DNA of 49,105 nt, filler included, from Dimargaris cristalligena (lineage: Eukaryota): NCBI GenBank assembly GCA_003614675.1. It is 2 parts of 2 records of this genome, joined end to end, with 100 filler letters (N's around TTAATTAATTAA, not from the genome) between each part and the next. Parts side by side here need not be neighbours in the genome. Positions count along the whole stretch, not along the records: positions 1 to 24,523 come from ML002586.1; 1 more part is not named here. One strand, given 5' to 3'. A model generated the notes under the pieces. It was not told where the DNA came from, did not search any database, and saw only the letters and a program-made list of their open reading frames with translations. Positions 1-10,658 of this stretch are shown in pieces; the first letter of the stretch is position 1, and each line of letters starts with the position of its first letter. The translations under genes and the position numbers were made by a program.

Positions 1-2090
1 CTATCTATCTTTTCATTTAGGCTTCCTCTTTTGAGTATAAATACTCCCACTTGCTACCACCTCTTGGAACAGCAAGTCTATCACCACCTTTCCCTTTTTA
101 TCACCTATCTTTTTAAATAAAGTTCAGTTTTTAAGGATTTGAGTTTAGTTCTTTACAGCTAGTGCATGATCTGCCTGGGGCAATGCTGCCTTCTTTTTGG
201 GGAATTGTTAGATAGACAGGGGGTCCTCCACAGTTGAACTAGGGCTAGGGCTGTTTACCATTGCAGAACTGGTTATAGTTGCCTCCAATCTGAGTTGGCT
301 GTTGTAGCTGGTCAGTGACTCTTGGTAGCCAGGCTGGCCTTGCAAATTATCATCAGCAATGACATCACCCCCAGTGGGGGACAAGTAGTGGATGGGGGAC
401 TGGTGTAGAGTACTGGGGCTCAGGTCTTCAGTTGCAAAGCTGGCTAAGAAAATGCTTATAATTATAGCCAGAAAAATAATGGTATTGATGAGTGATCCCA
501 TAATGAAAGAGGCTTGTAGTGGTAACAGCCACATAGAAGCAGGGGTGGGGGGTACCAATAGGCAAATAATTGATGGCTTACAATGGTAAAGTTGAGAGTA
601 AGACTTTTGGAATGGAGATATCCTTCACAGCTAGATAGGCCTGAATGGAGGTTTGGGTAAATGAGGTAGGAGTAGAAAACCCAAAACAACAGGCTCCAAG
701 TTGGGCTTTGGGGGGTAAGGTTCATTGTGTTGGGGCAGCTGGCTGGCACCCTTATATATGTTTGGGTGTTTTTCACAATTGACATTTAACATGTAATTGA
801 CAGATATAGATTGCTGAAGAGGATATAATATGTGCTATATCAGGCAGGGGTCTAAAAAAAATATGTTTGAGGCTACATTATTAAATCCTGCATGGCTATG
901 ATATATCATAGTAAGGCATCTGTTGTAGTAGATGGGGTGAGGCTGGTTGCCCAGGTGATTGTATCTGCATTAAAAGAGCATTGAAATCAGATAGTCTTCT
1001 GGCACTTGATCTGGCCACTGGATTCTAGGTCATGCAATATATATTCCCATCCACTTCTGCCTCTCCCTGACAATTGTAAATATAACCATCACTATTGGAC
1101 AATGGTGTTTTGGCCCACTTCCTACTATGGCCAATTCCCTTCACCCTATGTAGTAGATGGCAATAAGGGATGAATATCACCATTCCCTTCCTAACAATTG
1201 CCCTCCACTTATAGGCCAGTGTTGGTGATGCAAGGGGTGGGCCAAGTAGGCCTAGTTAAGGGAAGACTTCCCTTTATGATCCAAGTGAGCAACATGAAGG
1301 TGGTGACTATTCATAAAAATAGACAGGTGGCAACCACTGTAGTACTGAAATGCCACAATGCTTCACACAAGTGGACTAGTTCTAATGAATCCATTATGAT
1401 ACAAAATATATTATAGTAGATTACCAGATTTGGGCATTGGAAATGATATGTTGTTAAACCAATGGAATTAGCCAAGGGCACATACCCTCAAATTATGGAA
1501 GTTGCTGCCAAATATAGAGAGTGGGTATAGTCATCACCTCTTTGGCAGCATTTTTCAACTTGTCATAAATTGATTGATGAGGTGCAGGAATTCAGTGACC
1601 ATAATTGCTTAGTCTTCTACAAAGTTGGCATCTTCATCAACCATTTATTCTGCAACTATCCACCATACCCATTATCCCTGTTCATGAGTATCACATCAGT
1701 TACCTTCCTATCCTAAATCCAATCAATATTTGGGACAACTACATATTTATTTCAACTGCTTATCTTGCCATTAATTGACATAATATTGAATGACCCTAAC
1801 CAGTTGGTCCAAGAATCCCTGATACTGTGTCTAATATATTATGTCTTATATAAAGCCCTTTGTGACCTTGGTTTAACTATGCCTGGTTGTATTTTTTCCT
1901 GGTTCAGGCTATTATTCCATTAACTAGGATGCTGGCCTATGCTATGCTTATTTAGGAGGTGGGCCTGTGGTACCCAGTTCCCCATAATTCATTCAGCTTG
2001 TTTTATAGTATATTACATTACATTATATATATATAGAGAGAGAGAGAGAGGTGGTTAACAATGTAGATACCCCACTCAACCCCACTTAAT
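1..2090. pseudogene. CpG-depleted decayed repeat/gene relic (family unidentified)
   Basis: No CG dinucleotide found by eye until ~2095, whereas genic DNA in the window is CG-rich. Minus-strand frames are broken by scattered stops; a hydrophobic remnant lies at 208-558. Bounded by a (TA)n(GA)n tract at ~2025-2050. Confidence 0.5.
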
Positions 2091-3690
2091 AAGGCGTTTA
2101 TTTAGGTAGGGGATTCCGTTTATTAGTATATATTTGTCACAAATGATGACACTTTTATATTCGTGGTGAATACCTTAATGTAGAGATATTATATGGGGGC
2201 AAGGCATATAATGGGGAGTAGAAAAACTCCCAATATATGCCAATATATATACATATGGGTTATAATACCGTGGGGGGAGGTGTTTATATACTAATTGACC
2301 CTAGTAAATCTTGGCAGTATTTCTGGGAAGTCAGGAGACACTTAGAACAATAAAGACACCTTGTGAATTAGCCTAGGGGTATCATCTGGTAGACTTATAA
2401 AAGTATCTCTTCATGATAGCATTTATTATTCCGGGAGGTGACACGGCCTAAGAATGCCTAATCCCGGGATAACTAAGCTAAGTACTATGCCGTAATTGTT
2501 TAGATTATCCATCACTAATTAATTTGACCAATAGTATATATAGAGAACCCGTTTATCAGGGTGCAATAGTTAATAAATAGTTTTATAGACAATTATACAG
2601 TATTACACAATATACCATTCTATGTTATGATTTATTTTTTGAATATCGTCGAGTTTAATGAAGGAAACATTTGGAATAATATTAAAAACAATGTTTGCCA
2701 CATACCAAGGATTGAAAGCCGTCGACGAGTAAATGGTGGGGCGTCACCAGTCTAGTTTGCCCCATAAGACACATTATTTGTGCTATAGTATCCATCATTT
2801 TTCGTTTTTTAGAGCCCCACCTTTTATATATATATTGGACTCTCTTCCTCCTTGACTGTCCGTCATGGGGTTTAGCATTCCTAACCCCGCGAATACCCCC
2901 CCCCCCACATACACACTTATAGATGAGCTGGGGGAGCCGGCTTTACCATCACCAGTTCGTTCTGAAAAAGGGACATTAGTGTCTATTTCTCGCATCCCCT
3001 CCAGGCCTAGCACATCGTGGATGGAGCCATCTCCAGTACTATCTAACGATTCTATCCGATTCTCGCGGTATTAATATTGGGCGAAGTTGTCATGCGGTTA
3101 CCCTGGGACCCGGTATGAACAATTAAATGGAGCCTTTTTAATATATTGTAAAAATCATTATGATTTCTCCTCGGCTCATTTATCAAATTACCATTGACTG
3201 ACGTTTTCCTTTGGAAGACAGGTGCGGTTCAGTCCAGCTGTGTTTAAATCCATATTGTTGATGGCATCGACAATGCCTGTTAAGATAAACCCTTCCCCAT
3301 ACCTTTAACATTCATAATGTATTCAAAAATCGAGTACAGTTGGTTTGAATATTGCACTTATTGAGTTCGGGTATTTGAAATTATACTGTTCTGATAAAGT
3401 ACTTAGACGAATAGAAATCCGGCGATAATATTGGTGAATAATGCCAAGTTGCTAGGGAAACCTGTGGGGCTAGATTAGCCCGATATGCAAACTGTGTGTG
3501 TGGGAGGTGAATAAAACAGATTCCTGTTTTCGAGCAAAATGGTTCCCACAGAAATCGGAAACATGCCCCACTCCAGTATAACGGTTAAATAGCGGGATAG
3601 CTTATGAATAAATCAACGATTTGCTGAATCGAAGAAACATCGGACATGGTGGTACAATTTATCGAAATGGTAAAAAAAAGGAAGAATGGT

Positions 3691-6555
3691 TCAAACGCTC
3701 AATTGCTGCATATAGTCGTACGCCCGCGTTAAACGGAGATCATACAGTATTTCACCCCATAGTTCGTCCGTAACATTTTCGCTCGTCGTTTTCAAACGAC
3801 CGCGCCAAACGGCCACCAAGAAATTGTTGGCCACACTGTCGATGCTGGCGAACCAGTAGACTTGGGGCAAGTTGGGGTGGGTGAGGGCCCGCGACCGTTG
3901 TTGTAAAGAGGGCTGTCCGTCGCGAAGCATCAAATAGTCCATTTGCAGGATATTGGTGATGAATTGGACGTCAATTCGGTCGGGCAGCTGTATAAAGAGG
4001 TCATGGAGTTTAGAGAATAAACGTGTATGGCGGGGGGGTATATAAGAATGGATAAATAGATATTAGACTGGAATTGGTAGTATAATGGCGAATGAGATAG
4101 GTAAATGGTACAGGTTGGTTTGGCAAATTTAGTCGATGGCTTACATTTGAAGACCCTCGCATCAGGGCGATTGGGGTTAATGTACGGGTTTTAGGTACGT
4201 TATCTTTACCGGTGTACAATTGAAAGCCAAAATTGTGGATGTCCGTGGAGTCCCCTTCGTCGTTAAAATGGTAGATGTGGAGGCTGATGACCAGTTGGTG
4301 CCTCAGAAATTGAATAATGCTATGGGGCCGAGTGATAAAATGGGTTCGAGATGGATAAATATGTTAGTATACACATTCCCAACAAAATAAGGGAACGATG
4401 TTCGCACTAATGGTGTATTAGTTTGCCACCCCTCGGCGATACTAAGTAATTCCAGGACCATGGTGGGTAAGCAATAATCGGGCAAGGGCTACCACCGTTT
4501 GGGCCTAGTCCGAATAGAGTGGCTGGTAGATTACTAAGATAATGCGGCGGATACTCACTTGCGTCTCAGCGATGACTCGAGGTGTTTCCAGAGGAGTTTT
4601 AGCTCGCCTTGCGAATAGTTGGACTCGCGCTCCTGTATGATTTTTTGGAAGTACAGGGCCATTTTGGCGCCCAGGGCTTTGTAGTAGTAGTTGAGCCATT
4701 GGGCCAATGGTGATGCCGCGTAGCCGGTGCGACCCGGGTAAATGGACTAGGATGATAGAGTAGTACGATAGATTAGTATGAGCAATGTAAAGGGGGATGG
4801 TACTTTTGAATTAGGGCAAAGGTTTAAGGCAGCTTGGGGGAGGGGAGGGGGGCTTAGCGTGCGGGATGGAATAGTCTATATTGAAACTGAAAAACAATCA
4901 CGATACAATGGAGCTATTTACTACAAGTCTTACCTCCGATAGTGAATTCCAGAGAGTAGCCCAGGCCGATGTTTCCGACGCATCCTCCGGTTTAGCAATC
5001 TAGAAATATAAAGCGAATATGGAAGAAACCAATAGGGGCATTTGGGTTACTTAACAAACCACGTCCTAAAAATTCGGGTATTTCGGGATTAGCTAGATGG
5101 GGTTATTACAACATGGGGCATTCCTAGTTTTGCCATACCTCGGCCTGTTGGGGCTGGCTAATTTGTCGCCACTGGGTAAGAACCTGTTTGGCAAGGGTCA
5201 TGTGCACCGCGCTACTAAAGAAATCGTACCGGCGGATCTTTTCGTTCAGCAGTAGGAGTTGGTAGAACGACCGGTGTTCGAACCTAGCAATGCCAAGTGG
5301 CAAGTGTAACAATCGGGCCGAGGATATATAGACAAGTATGGTTAATTCGGGAATATTCTTAGCACGCGATTCTTCCGGTTTCGTCCATGTGGATGTTGAA
5401 CCCCACCCCGAATTAAGAGGGCGATGAAAGTAAGGAAATCAGGGTGTCTTACAGAATTGCGGTGGCATAGTCCCTGATTATAAAGATCTTGCAGAATGGT
5501 TCAACGGTTTCAACACACCGCTCTAACGTCTCAATGTAAACCTCGACGTTGGAATTGTTATGCTTCTGGTACAATTCGAGGATACTGCGACGGGAAGAAG
5601 GACAATCGAGAGGCAGGGAGAGAGATGATAGGGGGCATTAGATCGATGTTATAATGAAATAATTATTGACATACTAAAACGGAGATGGTGTAATATAGTT
5701 CGCTGATCTAACTGCGGCGGTGAAACCAGGAGGTGTCAGCCCTGATTCTGCAGCGGCATTCAGATCACATAGCTAAACCGGCTTGTCTATTCTTACATTG
5801 AGATGGTCAGAATACGAATGCTCGATATTTTACTGACAAAATTCAGGATTTGGCGTTGAAGGGCAGAGGGGTCGTCACGCACTGACATGGTGGGGTCATT
5901 TGGGGTATGGTGTTCGATATACTGCAATTCCTGATTGACCCGCTGAATTAGGTTGTTGATTTCCGCAATATGGGACTAAGTAAATCGTGGCATATGCATC
6001 CATGGCATTTGTTTTGGGGTCAGGGTATAGTTACAGTGTAGGATTTATGTTAGTAGGGCATGGGACATATGCCACATAGTACCATCTAGTGAGAACGTAG
6101 TTGGAAACATGGTGGGTCGATGGAGCGAGAGGAGCCTCCGAATTACCGGGATTTAGAGGGTACATACCTCCCCAGAGGGATTTCCGTCCGGGCCCTTCGT
6201 TTTGAGAAAATGGAGGTTAAGGAAGTCTGATTCCAAATGGGCGAATGCCTCAATGATGATAATGACGGAACGGTGGGACTAGGGGCCATTGAAATAGCCC
6301 GATGATTACGAATATATATATATATATATAGGGTTAGTAGGTCCATTCAGGGATTAGAGGGGTATATAGTGTAGCATGACATTAGCAAGTTGGCAATATT
6401 GCTGTTGGGGGGAGTAATGGGGGCGCTAATGGGGGGTATAGTTCGTTAGTTACCTTGGGCAAGCGGGCCAGACGCTTGGTAATGTACTTGAAGCCCTGCT
6501 GGGCCAAGGTGGAGAAGACCTCCTGGTAAATGGCACTAGCTTCGGCCAACGACAT
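3691..6555 (-). CDS. KICS2: KICSTOR subunit 2-like protein (C12orf66/DUF2003), 9 exons, 434 aa
   Basis: Exons 6555-6454, 6278-6168, 5975-5887, 5584-5453, 5283-5139, 4999-4934, 4746-4559, 4319-4145, 3987-3691. All GT-AG, phases consistent, 1305 nt open. Segments IIEAFAHLESDFLNLHFL, YDFFSSAVHMTLAKQVLTQW, LAQWLNYYYKALGAKMALYFQKII and the C-terminal YWF..FLVAVW are collinear with my recollection of human KICS2. Gene structure is high confidence; identity is moderate. Confidence 0.7.
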
Positions 6556-6907
6556 GGTTAGTGGTGGTGGTGGACAACTGGGCTAGGTAAAGGAGAAGTG
6601 GGGAGCGGACCGGCCGAGTGGAAAATACAATGGAAAAGATAGGGGAGAGAGGGAGACAGTAGTAGGAGGAGCTGGCGAGAAAAAGGCACTCCTTCAATTT
6701 AGGTGGTGGAGGTGAATGTACTTGAGTTCAAGCGAAAGTAAGGAAAGTGGGCGGGAGGGGAGCCCTGACGTGATAAAGTAAATAGTAGTCCCTTTAGGCT
6801 GGGGGGAGAAAGAAAGAGAGTGTGTCTGATATGCGAGGGTGGGCAATGGCTAATATGTGGAACCCCCGGACCGTGCAGTGGGTTGATTTAAATACCGAAT
6901 TTCCTTG

Positions 6908-8293
6908 GCTCAGTAGATCCCTCCAAACACTGGGTTGGGTGGGTACTATGAGGGTATATACTTTAGGAACGCGGGCCTAGGGGAAATAACCCTGGTAAGT
7001 GGGCCAAGAATGAGATGCATCGTCCACGGTGGCTTAAAGCAACGCTGCCACTGGGTTTCTCTCCTCCTCCTTTACACAAAAGCAGGCCTTTCAATTCCGT
7101 ATTGGGACTCACAAGCGGCGTGCGAACCCTACAGCTACAAAAATGGGACCAATTAGGGTGTAATAATCCACGTACTAATTAAAAAGGGACTATATGAAAC
7201 TACTATTTAACGAAACTAAAAAGACATTACGCGGAGTTGGGCTGGCTCCCCCCTCCCTCATTCAGTATGACACACACAGGAAACCAAGGCCAGGGGGGAG
7301 GTTTATTCAGGGATATCGTAGTCCCGCCCACACTAAGTCATGCAACCGACGACGGCGGTTACGTGGAAATTGCAAGAGCGCACTTCGAGTCGGCCCAACG
7401 AAAAACGGGGCGCAATCGCACGACTCTCCCCTCTCAAAACCCCGAGAGTATCAGAGGCACCCCCCCCCCACATCGGCGATGGCTCACCACCAGAGAGGAT
7501 GAATAAGTGAATGTATTCGGCAGGGGAAGCTGCCCGTAGGCCATTAAGCAGTGCTCGGACTGACCATATGGGTGGGAAACCAAGGACACTGGAGGAATTC
7601 GGGTGCCTTAATAAGGCATTCCATACGGGAAATAATGCCAGAAGTGGGTGCGGAATATATTAAGCTAAGTTAACCCGAATTTCCAAAATTGGAAGTCCAG
7701 GTGGTTGAAGGGGTTCGGTTAGCTAGCACTGGCCTCTTACAACGAGGCTAGTGGACGGACAAGCGAGTAAGTAGGTGGTGGTGGGCTTTACTCGTCAGCC
7801 CACACGCGAATAAAGGGTTTGGGGGCTTGGGTAAATTCACCGTCCAAGCAAGTATCCGAGAGATAGCAAGGGCAACCGGCATACCCCCATACATATTTCC
7901 CTGTGATCCAGCCGAAGTCAAGTCGAATCGAATTGAGCCAGGGTACTTCAATAGTTCCGCACTCACCACGACTACAAAGATTAGTTAGGTCTGGCGGTCG
8001 GTCGCCCATTCTTGAAACCGCGCTTATGCAAACGCCACCAAGACGCAACCAAGGTCACCAGGAAGGATGTACGTAGCCGGGTAGTGTGGTGGCGGCGGTA
8101 TCTAGCGCTTAATGATCTGGCTGGTGCACTCGGGCTGGGCGACGGGGGAGACTGCCCAGTTCATGAGCCTATGCGGCTAGCCTAGTAGTTTACCCGTATG
8201 GTACGCAGGTGTAATTGGGCGTGAATCAGCCGGATTAGGTTCGCACGTTCCTACATGTAATTCTTCAACGGCTGACTTGCCGGGATCTACAGC
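6908..8293 (-). ncRNA. Candidate ~1.4 kb highly structured non-coding RNA (telomerase-RNA-like architecture; identity unproven)
   Basis: Nested complementary pairs: 6913-6921/8282-8290, 6964-6971/8246-8253, 7119-7128/8238-8247, 7149-7155/8212-8218, 7170-7175/8201-8206, 7621-7629/8193-8201, 7637-7642/7990-7995, 7644-7655/7955-7966, 7455-7462/7601-7608, 7186-7192/7319-7325. H-type pseudoknot at 7764-7803. TATAAA on the minus strand at 8314-8309. No credible ORF. Strand is favoured, not certain. Confidence 0.55.
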
Positions 8294-8308
8294 AGTGGCT
8301 GAACGGGC

Positions 8309-8314
8309 TTTATA
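8309..8314 (-). promoter_or_regulatory. Putative TATA box for the structured RNA
   Basis: Minus strand reads CCCC-TATAAA-GCCC, about 20-25 nt upstream of the outermost helix strand (8290-8282). Confidence 0.4.
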
Positions 8315-8614
8315 GGGGACCGACAGAGCGATACAAGGCATTATGATATTATTAATCAGACCTATTATTATGGAGCAGCCTGCCTAACTAAATAGAAAAT
8401 GAGAGAGGTGATTTATTTACCATCGCTCGCGAAGATTATTACTATACAACGAAGTCGGTTTCGGATATCGGGTATTTCGTTCCATTGGATCACACATATA
8501 TCATGCACTTTTACGAGCGTTCATGGGAGAGGAAGAGAGAGGATGTGGCCGATGAGCGGGGAAAAAAACAACAACAAAGAACCAAGGGCGCCCACAGTTT
8601 ACCAACACCGCCGT

Positions 8615-9233
8615 CTATTCCTTGGAAGACTGTTCCGGCGGAGTGGCGGCCACTGGTCGTTTTTTCAGGTTCTGTTTCCTCTTTTGCCGCTTGGCCCGCC
8701 GCTTGGCCGTTTCGGCCTCCAGGGCCTCTTGGGTTTGCTGGCGTTTGCGTTGGAATTCCTCCATTTCCCGCTCCTGGGCCGCTTCTTGATCGAGTAGTTC
8801 CAGACGCGATAATTCGTACCGGCGGTGATTGCGGTAAATATGGAATTCCGCACTACCGGCACCGGCACTCGAACCTGGAGTATAATGGGCGGAGGAGAAG
8901 GGGGGAGTGGTTGTCACAACAATCGACAGTCACGGGGTAAAAGAGGTAAGGCACGATATGGGGTAGTGTGTGCTACAGGTAAGATGTATATCGGGGTTAT
9001 ATTATATGGCGGTGGATAAAATACCAAACCAACTTACCCGACACGTTCTTGACAATTTCGGGAGGGGGTTTAAGCGCTTTGTGCCTTATTTCGGGAATGG
9101 CGACGGGTTTATCGGCCTTCTGAAGAAGTCGTTCTAGCTCATGCCGCTGCTGTTCGACGGCCGATAGTTTGTTGGGGTGGACCTTGACAGCGGTGGCGTC
9201 CTGGTTGGCTTTGGCGGGTTGAGAGTGAGACAT
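8615..9233 (-). CDS. PRKRIP1: PRKR-interacting protein 1-like spliceosomal protein (DUF1168)
   Basis: Exons 9233-9038 and 8874-8615 join to give [31 protein letters not shown]...ETAKRRAKRQKRK, the family signature. Confidence 0.92.
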
Positions 9234-9957
9234 AAAGAGATGCAATGCTAGTAGGATAACTGCTGACTGGAATGAGAGGGAAAAATGTAGGAGTCCTTTT
9301 TTGCTTAAGGTTGTTAGGAGACTGAAAAGAAGGTTCACTAGGGTTATTGGTTGTTAGTAAGTGGTTCGGCTTTTAGACTAGAGGAACAACCCTTCCTTCC
9401 TTCCTTCCTTCTTTGAGGGAATGTATCAGCCCGTCTCGCTCTACTTCACACTGCTCTGCCTGGCCGAGAGCCACTGCGCCATTGGTAAAGAGGGGAGATG
9501 AATACTTGCGCTTCGTTTGGCGGAGGAGGGTGGACGCGTGTAGTAGTAGTAGGTAGCTTGATGATATATAACGCACCTTCTTTATTATATTAGGAAACCA
9601 CGTGATTTTCTGAGCACTTCCTGTGCTTGGCCGATTTTTTTTTCTAGGGATTAAAAATGTACCATTTTTACCCAACGGTGGGCCACTAAAGGGAGAGGAG
9701 AGCATAAATATATGTAACCGCTGATGAAAAAAACCCCCCATGTAGTTGGGAGAATATATGCGTATGCGCTGTACTACGACGTATTATTGGGCCCATTTAG
9801 ACTGCAAGCTAACCGGTTTTTTTTTCACCTTCACAAACGGGATGTTAACCCTTTACAAGTTCCTTTTCGCTCTTTGTAACTTCTTATTTAAACGGTTAAT
9901 TGACGGGCAATTATTGATTTAGTGTATCTCTTCCTTCTCTTCTATATCACAATAATA

Positions 9958-10658
9958 ATGGTAAGTCCTCCGCTTCCTTTTCGTATCCACTGACCTATTA
10001 ACAGCCGTTACTTTTAATGATGAGACTTTATCTCAGCTCACTATGAGATACGGAGCTGGGCTAAACAACCAGTTCCGTCTGATGACAACCTCCTACACGT
10101 TTTTTCTCTGATACTTCTACCCAGCAACTACCACTGCATATGGGCCTTGGCCAAAATATAGTAGCCCTTGTCTGTCTGTACTTTTGTTATACCCAGCGGC
10201 ACATTACTAACCCCGTGTTTTCTCTCCCTCCTACCACGCTCCGTTCGACCCTACTCTCTCACTCTCTCTAGGCCACCACTACTCCCGTTGACGAGCGCGC
10301 CTTCCCCCTGGCTGACGCCACTCTGGCCACCAGCATTCTGGACCTTATCCAGCAGGCCTCCCACTACAAGCAGACCCGCGTGGGTGCCAACGAGGTCACC
10401 AAGACCCTCAACCGTGGTATCAGCGAGTTCATCATCCTGGCCGCCGACACCACTCCTTTGGAAGTCCTCCTCCACCTCCCCCTCTTGTGCGAGGACAAGA
10501 ACGTCCCCTACGTCTTCGTGCCCTCCAAGGTCTCCCTCGGTCGCTCCTGCGGTGTGTCCCGCCCCGTGGTGGCTGTCTCCATCACCACCAACGAGGCTTC
10601 CGAACTCAAGAGCCAGATCACTGCCCTGAAGCTGCGCATCGAGAAGCTCCTCATCTAA
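9958..10658 (+). CDS. SNU13: Snu13/15.5K kink-turn-binding protein (L7Ae family)
   Basis: ATG-only exon 9958-9960; intron 9961-10271 (GTAAGT, TACTAAC, TAG); exon 10272-10658 encodes AFPLAD...[12 protein letters not shown]...[30 protein letters not shown]. Confidence 0.96.
10012..10115 (+). ncRNA. Intronic box C/D snoRNA, snR71/SNORD29(U29)-like; predicted guide for the LSU rRNA 2'-O-methyl-A equivalent to yeast Am2946
   Basis: Box C ATGATGA 10017-10023; guide CTCAGCTCAC complementary to conserved LSU GUGAGCUGGG (one G-U); D' ATGA 10043-10046, whose +5 rule hits the A; 10-bp hairpin ACGGAGCTGG/CCAGTTCCGT; C' CTGATGA 10079-10085; box D CTGA 10108-10111. Confidence 0.85.

Noticed and set aside
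2640-3074. Exon-like segments and a 69-aa ORF
   Set aside because: Could not be spliced in a consistent phase, and no recognisable protein.
6990-7001. ACTTACC (U1 snRNA 5' end-like) on the minus strand
   Set aside because: No U1 stem-loop I/II motifs or Sm site follow.
7594-7684. GGAAATTCGGGT resembling RNase P CR-I, with a complementary ACCCGAATTCC
   Set aside because: The partner is only ~70 nt away with no CR-V context, and similar AATTCGG words recur across the window (e.g. ~5071, ~6894).
9470-9482. TGGCGCAGTGG, tRNA A-box / U4-like word
   Set aside because: No B-box, cloverleaf or U4 kink-turn. No tRNA, rRNA or CRISPR array was found anywhere in the window.
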